Assembly: GCA_963514005.1 (NCBI GenBank)
Contig: OY740781.1
Location: 98,208,001-98,272,000, forward strand
DNA length: 64,000 nt
Reading direction: 5' to 3'
DNA from: Raja brachyura
Taxonomy: Eukaryota
Shown: in pieces, positions 20,843 through 32,896 of the stretch
How positions within the stretch are numbered: position 1 is the stretch's first letter
Layout: each line of letters opens with the position of its first letter
The notes under the pieces: generated by a model
The model's database searches: none
The model's input: the letters and a program-made list of their open reading frames with translations, nothing else
Told to the model about the DNA's origin: nothing
Made by a program: the position numbers and the translations under genes

Positions 20843-22436
20843 AAAATATAAAAGTGGATAAGTCTCCAGGTCCTGACATGATATTCCCTAGGACATTGAG
20901 GGAAGTTAGTGTAGAAATAGCCGGGGCTATGACAGAAATATTTCAAATGTCATTAGAAACAGGAATAGTCCCCGAGGATTGGCGTACTGCGCATGTTGTT
21001 CCATTGTTTAAAAAGGGTTCTAAAAGTAAACCTAGCAATTATAGACCGGTTAGTTTGACTTCAGTGGTGGGCAAATTAATGGAAAAGATACTTAGAGATA
21101 ATATATATAAGTATCTGGATAAAGAGGTCTAATTAGGAACAGTCAACATGGATTTATGCCTGGAAGGTCATGTTTGACTAATCTTCTTGAATTTTTTGAA
21201 GAGGTTACTAGGGAAATTGACGAGGGTAAAGCAGTGGATGTTGTCTATATGGACTTCAGTAAGGCCTTTGACAAGGTTCCTCATGGAAGGTTGGTTAAGA
21301 AGGTTCAACTGTTGGGTATAAATGCAGGAATAGCAAGATGGATTCAACAGTGGCTGAATGGGAGAAGCCAGAGGGTAATGGTGGATGGCTGTTTGTCGGG
21401 TTGGAGGCAGATGACTAGTGGGGTGCCTCAGGGATCTGTGTTGGGTCCTTTGTTGTTTGTCATGTACATCAATGATCTGGATGAAGGGGTGGTAAATTGG
21501 ATTAGTAAGTATGCAGATGATACCAAGATAGGGGGTGTTGTGGATAATGAAGAGGATTTCCAAAGTCTACAGAATGATTTAGGCCAGTTGGAAAAATGGG
21601 CTGAAAGATGGCAGATGGAGTTTAATGCTGATAAATGTGAGGTGCTACACCTTGGCAGGACAAATCAAAATAGGACATACATTGTAAACGGTAGGGAATT
21701 GAAGAATACAGTTGAACAGAGGGATCTGGGAATAACCGTGCATAGTTCCTTGAAGGTGGAATCTCATATAGATAGGGTGGTAAAGAAAGCTTTTGGTATG
21801 CTAGCCTTTATAAATCGGAGCATTGAGTATAGAAGCTGGGATGTAATGTTAAAATTGTACAAGGCATTGGTGAGACCACATCTGGAGTATGGTGTACAAT
21901 TTTGGTCGCCCAATTATAGGAAGGATGTCAACAAAATAGAGAGGGTACAGAGGCGATTTACTAGAATGTTGCCTGGGTTTCAACAGCTAAGGTACAGAGA
22001 TAGGTTGAATAAGTTAGGTCTTTATTCTCTGGAGCGCAGAAGGTTAAGGGGGGACTTGATAGAGGTCTTTAAAATGATGAGATGGATAGACAGAGTTGAT
22101 GTGGACAATCTTTTCCCTTTGAGAATAGGGAAGATTCAAACAAGAGGACATGACTTTAGAATTAAGGGACAGAGGTTTAGGGGTAACATGAGGGGGAACT
22201 TCTTTACTCAGAGAGTGGTAGCGGTGTGGAATGAGCTTCCAGTGGAAGTGGTGGTGGCAGGTTCGTTGGTATCATTTAAAAATAAATTGGATAGGCATAT
22301 GGATGAGAAGGGTATGGAGGGTTATGGTATGAGTGCAGGCAGGTGGGACTAAGGGAAAAAGGTTGTTCGGCACGGACTTGAAGGGCCGAGATGGCCTGTT
22401 TCCATGCTGTAATTGTTATATGGTTATATGGTTATA
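20843..22436 (+). mobile_element. Young CR1 LINE (subfamily B), 5'-truncated
   Basis: Nearly identical to 44870-46458. (GTTATATG)n tail. 1-bp frameshift near 21128. Confidence 0.95.
21156..22352 (+). CDS. CR1 ORF2 reverse transcriptase (partial, 398 aa open)
   Basis: DFSKAFDKV, GVPQGSVLGP, KYADD, RDLG, RRLRGDLI, TRGH. Confidence 0.9.
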   Translation: MPGRSCLTNLLEFFEEVTREIDEGKAVDVVYMDFSKAFDKVPHGRLVKKVQLLGINAGIARWIQQWLNGRSQRVMVDGCLSGWRQMTSGVPQGSVLGPLLFVMYINDLDEGVVNWISKYADDTKIGGVVDNEEDFQSLQNDLGQLEKWAERWQMEFNADKCEVLHLGRTNQNRTYIVNGRELKNTVEQRDLGITVHSSLKVESHIDRVVKKAFGMLAFINRSIEYRSWDVMLKLYKALVRPHLEYGVQFWSPNYRKDVNKIERVQRRFTRMLPGFQQLRYRDRLNKLGLYSLERRRLRGDLIEVFKMMRWIDRVDVDNLFPLRIGKIQTRGHDFRIKGQRFRGNMRGNFFTQRVVAVWNELPVEVVVAGSLVSFKNKLDRHMDEKGMEGYGMSAGRWD

Positions 22437-23739
22437 ACTAGAGAGCTGGCCTGAGCTACTTTCTACCTAATTGTGGACCCTCAGACTATCTTTGATTGGA
22501 CTTTACTGGACTTTATCTTGCACTAAACATTGTTCACGTTTTTCACTTTGTCATGTATCAGTACACTGTGGATGGTTCTATTATAATCACGTATTGTCTT
22601 TCCACTGACTGGTTAACATGCACCAAATGCTTTTCACTGTACCTCAGTACATGTGACAATAAACTAAACTTTACTCCTCAACTCTTCTGAGCCATCCATG
22701 GGTGTTCCTCGCTCCTCATTCATGCCATTGGCCAATATTCACTTTGTTAGATTACACTGTCTCTATCTGGAATATCTCACTCCGCCCCTGGAATTGCTAC
22801 TTTCTTCAGGGATACTACTGCCAAAAAGATAAAACACTTGTTTTTGCTTAAGAAGACAGTTCTAGAAACTCCTTTAACTCATCCCCAACTAAAGATGTTG
22901 TTTCTCTAAACTTTAACAATGGTTCCAGGCTCCTTGTGCATGGGGAAAACATGCAAGAAGCACGTTAAAATTATGCAAATTTCCCAACTCCTTTGATTCT
23001 GTTGGAATTGGGCTGACAATCTTGCTCTGAGCACGTTGGAGGATTGGGAACACTTTTTGCCAGAGTGTAGAATGAACATTTATTATATCCTCCCAATGTA
23101 GAGAGCAACAAACTTGAAAATATATCACCAGAGACCTGATGGTAGGAAAGTATTAAATGGGGAATGCCTTGAAATATTAATGACAGTGATTTTCCACAGT
23201 GTAAAAGCATCAAAATGAAATGGAGGATCAGCTTGCTTAATCACTACATATTACAATTTATTTTCAACACATTGTTAGGTACTTTAAAAGCACCAAACTT
23301 ACAGATTTCCAAACCTTCAGGTTGGGGAAGGTATTAGTATTGATTTTTTTATTGTCACGTGTACTAAGATACAGTGAAAAGGTTTTGTTTGCGTGCTGTC
23401 TAATTAAATCAGATAATACTGTTCATGAATGGGATCGAGCCATACACTAATACAACAGGTTGAGCAAAGAGTAAAATAGCAGAGTGCCAGATATAATTTT
23501 CAGCATTGTGGTGTTGCAGTTCCAGAGAAAATGTCCAAAGTCTACAATGAGGTAAGTAGGATGATCGGAACACTCTAGGTTTTTGGGATAAACATTCAGA
23601 AGTCTGATAACACAGGAGAAGCAGTCTTAGTTTAGTTTACTTTAGTTTCAAGATCCAGCTTGGAGACAGTCCCTTTAGCCCACCATGTCCGAGCCAACCA
23701 ATGCTCACCCATACATTAGTTCTACTTGTTCATTAGTTC

Positions 23740-24081
23740 TCAGTTTATCTCAAAGTGCACATTGCACATGAGAGCCAGGGCATCCTGCTGAACCCCAGTC
23801 AGGTGTCCACCATCCAGCGACCTACCGAAAACCATAATGCCCGATACGAGCAGCTTCAGCACCCTTTGCAGCTTTATCTCATGCGCCCTGATGCCTACGC
23901 CCATATGGCCCCAGATGGCATGGTTTACAGCCGGCAGTTTAAGCAGGATACAATTAGCCGGGGTTTCGTACTTCTTGGCCATTGCCATGGTCAGCTCCTG
24001 AAGCTGGTGTGAGGCCAAGTATCACGCGCATGCGGACTGGCGGGGTCTTCACGGAATTACTCACGTGACTCCGAAGTAAAA
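23740..24081 (-). mobile_element. DIRS fragment of a second subfamily: left terminus fused to gag core
   Basis: ORF 23740..24018 (SHQLQEL..KYETPANC..QDALAL..FEIN) is homologous to DIRS gag. 24020-24081 reads ttttacttcggagtcacgtgagt.. on the minus strand. Confidence 0.85.
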
Positions 24082-25814
24082 TGAGTAAGCACAATAACCA
24101 GTAAGCACAATAACCATCAGGGATAAACATGACTATCGGCTACTTCTGACGGGCAGCAAGGTTTTTTGGGAGTATTGTGTTCAGTTTGGGCCTCCCTCTA
24201 CAGGAAAGTTGTTGTTAAACTGGAAAGACTGCAGTGGAGATTTAAGAGGATGTCTCAGGACTTGAGGGGCTGAGCTATAGGGAGAGATGAGGAAGGCTAG
24301 GACTTTATTCCTTAGAGTGCAGGAGGCTGCCACTAATGGTAACTTGTTAGAAATATTATTTACATCATAATAAATAGTTGTCCCAATATTAAACTAGACT
24401 TGTACAATTTGAATGACAGTTGGCAGTAGTTATTAAATAACCAAAATAGGCTTAGATAGGCTTTCAGTCATTTACTTCTTGTCACATTTTTGCACATGGA
24501 TATGCAGGAATTAGAGGGATATGGATAATGTGCAGGCATATGAGATTAATTTATCTTGGCATCATGTTCGGCACAAACATTGTGGGAAGAATGCCCTGTT
24601 TCTGTGCTGTACTTTTCTATGTTATATGTTCTATGTTTACCAAACTTTGAACAAAAATGCCACAACCAAGGTTATACATTTCATGCAAATGTCGATTTCT
24701 TGTTTCCCGGTGACAGCTTAAAAAGAATTGAGCATCGATGTTCTTATTCGGCTGATGTTGCATTGAGTTACCAAAGCTTCAATGTCACGCCAGGATTTGC
24801 CTTTTATAGTTCCTACACAATGCACTAAGAATATGGATTCATAACAGCTAAACAACATTGATGGAGTATTACTTCAAATTTCACTACTTCCTTTAAAGTT
24901 AACTCTGCATCATTTCTTTAAAGTGTGATGAAAATTGACACAAATTTTATGAGCAATATTTTCAGCGCTGACTCCTGGACTCTGCTTGTCTCATGATTGA
25001 TCACATAAATAGAACTGCAGGTGCCAACAAACTCGTAGTCCTTCAGTTCTTTTAAAAACCTATTACAGCAAAAAAATGATGCCAGCCTTGAAAACAAAAG
25101 CCACTTTATCCACTAATATTGATATTTTCAGGCGGTCAAACATATTTCCTGCTATTCCCTTTCCTGCAAATATAGTTTTTAAATTAGTTTGTGTAAGCAA
25201 AGTTGATCTAATGTTCACAACCCTATTTTGCATCAGGTATAAGGCAGGGTGCGTCAAAACTGTCCATGCCACTGCTCATCTTAGAGCAATTTCCTTCAGA
25301 CTGCAACCAACTTGCATTAGTATTCACAGTACATGGTTTAACAGTTAAAATAAGTACAGAACAGCGTGTCCACAGCCATGATAAAATGTTTATCAAACAT
25401 GCATGCAAAAAATCAATTAATAATGATAGCTACACGAAAGAAAGGAAATTGCTATTTTTTTGGGTGCAGCAATTTCATTATTTCCATGTTAGAATGCATT
25501 TTAGATGGAAAAGAGCAGTTATGCATATCGGATGTTTTTTTTGTTTCATTCATGATGAGTTGTAACATCTTGTAAAAAAACGTAAGTGCCTGTGTAAAAC
25601 ATATATGAGCTCTGTTTTAACTTTAAAATAAGTAAGATATCTAATATTATTAATTCTCAGTGGAAGTGATAATCCAGATAACCCACATCCATTCATACCA
25701 GTGCAGTGGGATGCATCTTTTGTTATAATCCTCGTATAAGTGGCTTTTGATGGTCTTGGGTGCTTTATTTCATTCCTCCATTGATGCACTTTTCACTATA
25801 ATTAAGGGTTATAT

Positions 25815-26035
25815 GTAGAAACATAGAAAATAGGTGCAGGAGGAGGCTATTTGGCCCTTCGAGCCAGCACCGCCATTCATTGTGATCATGGCTGATCGTC
25901 CCTTATCAATAACCCGCACCTGCCTTCTCCCCATATCCCTTGACTCCACTGGCCCCTGGAGCTCTATCTAACTCTCTCTTAAATCCATCCAGTAACTTGG
26001 CCTCCACTGCCCTCTGAGGCAGGGAATTCCATACC
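25815..26035 (-). mobile_element. CR1 3' tail fragment
   Basis: tagaaacatagaaaataggtgcaggagg...ttggcctccactgccctc. Confidence 0.85.
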
Positions 26036-26814
26036 TGCTGATTTATTTATTAAAAAATCGGTTTTAGGATTCCAATCCCCAGAGGGCACCTAGATATACA
26101 CCTTGCTTTCCCATTCTTCTTAAGCATCCCCTGAGGACGTCTTCATTCCACCCCAGTATTGTGTGTCCAAGGTGGCTAATGAGACCAGGGTGGCAACTGC
26201 AGGTTCCTCCGCAGCCGAGACAGGTGATGGCTGTTAGTGAAGATGCGTTGGTAGTTTGCGGGGTGGTGCACTCCTTTCACTGTAAGCCCAAGGTGATCCC
26301 AATGCATGAATGTTCAATTATCAATATCGCCCTGAATAAACCAGGACCTGCAGTTCCCTCCTACAAATGACCGTGAGTTTCATGTCAGGTCTTGCTCTCC
26401 AAATAACTTTTGCTCAATCAACCAAAGGGTGCTCTGGCAAATTGAAGTTGGTGGCGAATTTCATAATTGAAGTCTACCAAGGTCTGGCACCTAAGAAATG
26501 AGTTAATATTTTACACTATTTTCTCATCAATTTTTATTGCCGTATGATGGGAGTAGATCACTTTGTCATGTGTATGCCAACTACAGTGCCATCCTCTCAT
26601 TTGCTTTGTTTAAAGCATTGACAATGTCTTGGAACTCAGTTTCCAACTTTGCACAAATGCAGGCAGCAACTACTGCAGCACTTCTGAAAATGGACATTGA
26701 AATGGATTCAGGGAAAGAAGTGACTGTCATTTCTGAGTAAATAAATTAGTGAATAGAAGTCATTGACTGTATGCCAGGGTCAGGGAGTCAGAGTGGTCCT
26801 CAGTTGAAAAGAAA

Positions 26815-27400
26815 GTTCAATGGTTCAATAGGGCTTTATTGTCACATGCAAATGCACAGTGAAATTCTTTGCTAACATACGGTCCAGTAGAGTATTGTCA
26901 TACCTAAGCACATCCCTGATTAGCAAAGTGTACAGAAATAGTCCACTGAATCCATATGCTTGAGGCATCATCTTTTGATTCAATTTTCAAAGTCCAGTCA
27001 ATGCTCTAGTTGTTATGAGCAGTGCCCGATCCAGGCGAACCCCTGGCTTTTGCAGGACTCCAGCCATCGTCTTCTTTGGATGTGTGGATCAACCTGTGAA
27101 CTGACATCCTACTCCTCGCCCTTCCACCTTAGTGCCCCGGGGGAGCCTCCCGCAGCCATCTTGAGGGACAAATCTCGGTTCCTCTCCCACTGGCCTTGAT
27201 CCTCGATCCATCCAATCGGGCTCTGGTTTTCGGGGAAGAGCAGGGCCTGCTCATTGGTTTCCCCCTACAAACCACAGTCCACCACCGGGTCTTAGTACAT
27301 CCGGCCATGGGGGACAAGCAGGTCGGATGTACTAAGCAGCTTCCTGATAACAGGTCGTAGCTCACTGGGAGCTTCTGCTGCATATGGACCGCTGTTTGAA
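26815..27400 (-). mobile_element. Divergent GC-rich SINE-like repeat with a Rex-type tail
   Basis: tttattgtcacatgcaaatgcacagtgaaatt tail with gttcaatg repeats, followed by a GC-rich body. Confidence 0.45.
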
Positions 27401-27429
27401 ATGATAGCAAAAATAGTGTGGAGGAAGGA

Positions 27430-27630
27430 TCTGCAGATGCTGGTTTACACCAAAGATAGACACAAAATGTTGGAGTAACCCAGTGAGTCAGGCAGCATCA
27501 CTTAAAAAATGGAATAGGTGACGTTTCGGGTCGAGACCCATCTTTAGACTGAAGATAGGTCACATGCTCCTTTTCTTCAGAGATGCTGACTGACCCGCTG
27601 AGTGCCTACAGCATTTTTTATCTGTCTTTG
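27430..27630. repeat. Inverted pair of Penelope 3'-end (pLTR) remnants
   Basis: Arms caaagatagacacaaaatgttggag..gcagcatc and gatgctg..cagcattttttatctgtctttg flank gacgtttcgggtcgagaccc. Homologous to 49400-49499. Confidence 0.75.
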
Positions 27631-28609
27631 ATAGCAAAAGTTATCCCTGCACCTGACAACAAGGCAGTGAAGCATTCCATATCCAGTCACAGTTAGGCTA
27701 TGATCCTTAGAACTGCAGCACAAAATTGCAACTTTGATATAGTCAAAGTTGCAGACTTGCATAGCTTATGACTGAAGTCAGAGATGTACACGCCCATACA
27801 ATGACACTTCCAGAGCAAGCAACTTTCCAGATGCCACATGCATGTCACATCACACACATCACATCACACACACATCACACACACATGCACATGACCCACA
27901 CAGGCACACACATCCATCTCACCATCTTGTCTCCAACTGGCAAATGCATAAGATATTCCTGTGCGGGATTTAACTAAGTGCTCTAACAAGCATGTACAAT
28001 GTAATCGGGGCCTGGGAACATTAATGTTGCCTGTTACTCACTTCTCCCTGTTGTTTAAAGTTTTATCAATGCCCTTTATTTTTTCGGGCACAACCACCTT
28101 TGTATTCATCAGGAGGAGCATATGCTATAAACATTTCTCCTCAACCTGAACCATCAGTGAAACCATTTTTTAAAAGCAGATTTGGGCAGTAATTGAATGA
28201 AGTTCCAGGGATGCTAATCAATTATAACAATTACAAAGAAATTACAACTGTAGGTCAAAATGTCTGATCACATACTACAGAGTACATATGCTAGGTTCAA
28301 ACTTTAACCTATTGTTGTAGTTATAATCAACAAACGATCCCTATCTGGGAGTTGTAATGTTAGAATGGAATGCCAAATACTTGTGCATCATTTGGTTGTT
28401 TAATGGGGAATAATCGGCCCCCAGGGAAATCCCACAATAACCCCACACTTCGAAAAAGCGTCTGACATGGTAGTGGCAAGCAGTCTTTTTTTTAAATCAC
28501 TGTTCCTCGTTCTGGAAATATTTAAAATTCATGGTACTTGAGTCAGTGCTTAAGCCACTATTGGTACTTCGAAGCACCAGTAGTAGGTTTCCAAGTTTAA
28601 GGATTCATA

Positions 28610-28910
28610 GTCATAGAGTGATAGTCATGCAGCATAGAACAGGCCCTTTGCCCAACTTGTGTAAAAAAGTTAACCCTAAATTTTTTATTAAATCTTTTCC
28701 CCTTCACCTTAAACCTAAATCACCTGGTTCTTGATTACCCTATTCTGGGTAAGAGACTCTGTACATTTACCCGATCTATTCCTCTCATGATTTTGTACAC
28801 CTTTACATGATCATCCCTCATCCTTCTGCGTTCCAAGGAGTCCTCGCCTGATCAACCTCTCTGAACAGCTCATGCCCTTGGGTTCTGACAGCATCTTCAT
28901 AAATCTTCTC
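28610..28910 (-). mobile_element. Old CR1 3' fragment
   Basis: catagtcatagag tail followed by RT C-terminal remnants. Confidence 0.65.
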
Positions 28911-29989
28911 TGTGTCATTTCCAGATTCATATAAACCTATGTGCATTTTTTTTGTTTTTTTCTGATAATATTTCTGTGTATTTCTTTGAACCGCAGCCAG
29001 TAGAATGCCTGCCTTGCTGAGACTGTCATGACTGAGTTGAGAGTCAGGCTTATGGATCCTCTGCTTGCCCAATGTTGAGATAGACAGCAGCTACTTTATA
29101 GCATCAAGTAGCAGCTGCTGAAACTGTGTGTCCTTAATGAAGTCCATTGATTGTATTCATTGACTTTTCTGGAGAATATATCTGCTGATATCTGAGAATA
29201 TAAAGCTCCCTCTGGGTGGCCTTTCAAACAACCAGAACCTTCGAGACTGTTTTGTTACCACTGTCTTTTCCCTGGCAAATGATAACATTCCTGTAAATTT
29301 GTCATGGTCTCGAGGATGCAAACAGGATAGTCGAAGCTCTTGTAACACCTGCTCACCGGACACGGCTAGTTTTGAGCAAGCTGGTTGCAGCTTTGACAAT
29401 ACACATCAGTTGTGCCTTGCAAAAACCTGTGGACAGTTCACTTTGCCTGAAATGAAAACAGAAAATCCTGGAATAACACAATAAATCAGGCAGCATCTGC
29501 ACAGAGCAAAATGGAATTAACAATCCAAGTTCATAACCTTACATTCAAAAATGGCAAAAGTGCATTATCCTGAAAAATTGATTATGTTTCCCTCTACACA
29601 GACTGCATGACCTGCACATGACAATAAACTTGATTTGATGACCTGATTTGCGTAACAAATTCCCTTTTATAATTTCACTCCGTCTGCCTCCTGCTTTCTG
29701 CTCATGTGAATGGGGATAAATACCCTTTCCCATAAATAGAGAGAAGCAATGCTCTCATTGGGATGAATGGCCGAGACAAATCACTGATAAGTTGGAATGA
29801 TCCAGAGATGATGAATGTGAGGGTGACAGTAGACGTGATACCCTCAGAGAGATCATTCTAGACATAGGTTTATGCTTATCACAGATCTGCCATTACTAAT
29901 TTTTTTAAACAATGGTCTACAAGAACATAGCATGTGGAGTATGCAGAGAACGTCTGACCATTCCAAACTTTACCATAGATCTTTTATAG

Positions 29990-30826
29990 ATAGATAGATA
30001 CAGATAGATTTTATTTGTCATGTGTGCCAATTGGCACAGTGAAATGAAGTTACCATACAGCCAAAAATAAAGAACACAACACAGAGTAGATAGAAATTCA
30101 GCATAAAACATCCCCTCACAGCAGGATCAAAATTTCCCACCATGAGGGAAGGCACCAAAGTCAGTCTCTTCCTGATGTTCCCCAATGTTCACCCATGGTC
30201 GGGGCCTCCCCCAGCCCTCTGCTGTCGCCGCTCCGGGCAGCCCGGTTTTCAGGCCCGCACCCCGGGGTGATATAAGTCCGACGTCGGGGCTGGGGGACGT
30301 CCTCAGCGGCCTGGACCCTGAGTCGGCTCCCTCCTACCGGAGTCTGCGGCTCCCAAAGTCCGCAGGGCATGCCGGGTGGAGATTCAACGCTGGAGGCCCT
30401 CGGCAAAGGGCCCCAGGACTCCACGATGATGGTCATCTCCAAACCAGAGCTCCACTATGTTGGAGCAGCAGCCCAATGCTCCGGAGCTCCAACGGAGACC
30501 CAGGTAGGCATCGCCCACTCCGTGGTGATTCCAGCGCCGCCGCCGCTGTTGCAGCTCTGGTCCGGTTCCCGGTCCCCGGCAGGAAAGGCTGCTCGGATCC
30601 AGGAGGTAGGCCGCGAGGTGGGAGGCGAGGGCATGACTCGGAGGAATAGTCGCATCCCCGCCAGGAAGCGACTGGAAAACAGTTTCCCCCTTACACTGCC
30701 CCCCTCCCCCACATGTAAAAGGTAAAGAGTCCCCAACAAACAGACTTTAAACTGACTAAAAATAAAAAAAAAGATGAAAAAACAAACGGGCTGCAGGCAG
30801 AGGCTGCTGTCAGTGCAGCACACCAA
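29990..30826 (-). mobile_element. GC-rich SINE-like family, copy B (apparently full length)
   Basis: Head homologous to 62108 onward and 42110 onward. Tail atttcactgtgccaattggcacacatgacaaataaa plus (TATC)n. Confidence 0.75.
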
Positions 30827-30974
30827 GTGGAAACTAGGGGTTTCCCCTTGACTAACCTTCCCCTTCAGTGCTATTTTCCTGCATTAAATCTCCAGGATTC
30901 TATTGAATGAACTCAATGACTGAGTCTCCACAGACCTCTGTGGCAGGGAATTCCAAAGATTTATTGTCTTCTGA

Positions 30975-31112
30975 ATGGAGTGGGAGATTGCAACCTTCAT
31001 GTGGTCCACCCTGTTTCGGCTAATGCAATCAACTCAACATGCACAAACAAATAGATGTCATGTTTTGGTGTCCACAACTTTAGGCTGTGCACGCCATACG
31101 CAAGGAGAAGAC
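30975..31112 (+). mobile_element. ~140-bp HDV-ribozyme SINE, copy 2 (inserted in an old CR1)
   Basis: TSD tgtcttctga (30965-30974) and tgtcttttga (31113-31122). aaggagaaga tail. Confidence 0.85.
30977..31030 (+). ncRNA. Minimal HDV/CPEB3-like ribozyme fold
   Basis: P1 ggagtgg/ccaccct, P2 gattgca/tgcaatc, P3 acc/ggt, L3 ttcatgt, P1.1 G at 31013, J4/2 ctaa (candidate catalytic C at 31020). Confidence 0.72.
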
Positions 31113-31849
31113 TGTCTTTTGAGTGAAGATCATTCTCATCCTTTCTGCCTTAACGGGCCTGGCCCTGGTCTCCAAGCCTGTGATTATAGATTCCTCAATG
31201 AGGGAAACATCCTCCATGCATGTAGGCTGCTGAACCCTGTGATACATTTGAAATGTTTCATTGATATCACCTCTATTTTCTTTTAACTAAACAGAATTTA
31301 GACCCAGTTAACCAGGTCCACAGTTCACAATGATGTATCCTTGGAATTGCACCATTGCTTGCCAACTATTGGCCTATCAGGGAACCCTCTCATATGAGTT
31401 AATCTGGGTTTTTTTCATGCTTCCAGACCACCCCCGACCCCACCCCCACTCCACTACAATTAGTCTGAAGGTACCCCAACCTGAAACGTCACCTTATCCA
31501 TTTTCCTCAGAAATGCTTCCTGACCTGTTGAGTTACTCCAACGTTTTGTGCCCATTCTTAGAATTTAAATCCAGTTGACCCAGTCTCGCTCCATCTACCA
31601 AAAAACATCCAAGGAACCAGTCTGGTATATATTTGTTTCATTCCCTTTATGGCAACCATAGCTTTATTTCAACATGGGAAGATCAAATGGTCTATATTCC
31701 AAGTAGGGTCTTATCATTACAGTGCAACTTATTTATCCCTGTATTCAATACTCATACTAAAAGCCAACATTTGATTTGCTGTCCTAGTTGCTTGCTGCTG
31801 CTCTGTGTTAGCTTTGTAAAGGATACCCTTTGAACAGTAACATAACCCA

Positions 31850-32090
31850 GTGTATAAAATCACGAGATAAATAGATCAAGTAGACGCACAGAGTTGCTTG
31901 CCCAGAGTAAGGGAATTGAGAACCAGAGAACATAGGTTTAAGGTGATGGGGGAAAGATTTAATAGGAATCTAAGCGGTAACTTTATCACACAAAGGGTAA
32001 CTTTTTCACACAAAGGGTGGTGAGTGTATCGAACAACCTGCCGGAGGAAGTAATTGAGGCAAGGACTTTTGTAATGTTCAAGAAACAATT
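31850..32090 (+). mobile_element. Old CR1 3' fragment
   Basis: agaaccagagaacataggtttaaggtg...aactttttcacacaaagggtggtg. Confidence 0.75.
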
Positions 32091-32700
32091 AGTCGTTATG
32101 AAGCAAATATAAATGGGGACAATTTTTGCTGGGTGGCTGAATTTAAGGGGAGTGCCCTTCAATCCATGCTGATTTATGGAGCCAAATGCTTTAGTGAGGT
32201 TGAAAACGATCATCTATGGTGGCGGGTGCAGCCTCTTGCATTAATCTTGGAGCTGTTGCACATGTCCACCATGACTCCAGATGGATGATGGTCTCCTGGT
32301 CTAATGGACCTAGTCAATGTTCCCTCCGGCGGATGGTCTCCTATTCATGACCTGGTCTTTGGGCTCTAGAAGCATGCGACTGAGCAGGACTTTCCTGAAT
32401 GCTTTTCCTCATGACAGAAAGCAGAGAGATCCTACTGGGCCGTATCACTGTCAGGCTTGTGTCCTTTCTTGGAGTTGGTCGCATTCATCAGGTCCTCTGA
32501 AGAATTCTCCTGTTCCCAGATGTAGATGATGGGATTGTAAACACATGACAGAAACTCTTCCCCACAAAGTTGCAGCAATGTAATGTGGACACTGTGCACA
32601 CTTGTTATTTTCAGATAGTAGAGAACTTTTGTCTTGACTTTTGTCCTCCCTCGAACTTCTGACCTACGGTTCCATTTGCTGCAAAACACTCAGGAGAACC
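32090..32700 (-). mobile_element. Highly decayed RTE-like LINE RT fragment
   Basis: IVFNLTKAFGSIN..GL...LKFSHPAKIV resembles RTE DLTKAFDTVNREGLW..L.KFGCP. Confidence 0.5.
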
Positions 32701-32785
32701 TTCACAGAAACACACGCGTCAAGGCAGCAATAACCAGAGAATGGTTATTAAGGCCATGCACTTAACCTGATGTTGAAGGCTCAAT

Positions 32786-32896
32786 TCAAGGCAGACGCTA
32801 AATGCTGGAGTAACTCAGCAGGACAGGCAGAATCTCTGGAGAGAAGGAATGGGTGACGTTTCGGGTCGAGACCCTTCATCTCTGCCTGAGTGAACA
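32786..32896 (-). mobile_element. Short Penelope 3'-end insertion with 13-bp TSD
   Basis: ttgaaggctcaat at 32773-32785 and 32897-32909. The body is the reverse complement of 49415-49499. Confidence 0.75.

Larger units (their letters stand above)
19960..22670 (+). mobile_element. Rex1/Babar-type LINE 3' fragment (19960-20193 and 22437-22670), split by nested insertions
   Basis: LTNFYRCVVESILFGCITAWFGN...ASSIIKD. 3' tail ttttcactgtacctcagtacatgtgacaataaactaaact. Confidence 0.75.

Noticed and set aside
21168-21563. Antisense 131-aa ORF conserved in two places (also 45197..45592)
   Set aside because: It is a shadow frame of two near-identical CR1 copies, so its conservation carries no independent information.
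30161-30826. Stacked ORFs on both strands in GC-rich blocks (also 10572-11356, 34705-35259, 42198-42782, 62387-62897)
   Set aside because: High GC lowers stop frequency. The frames are not conserved between homologous copies, and no domain is recognisable.
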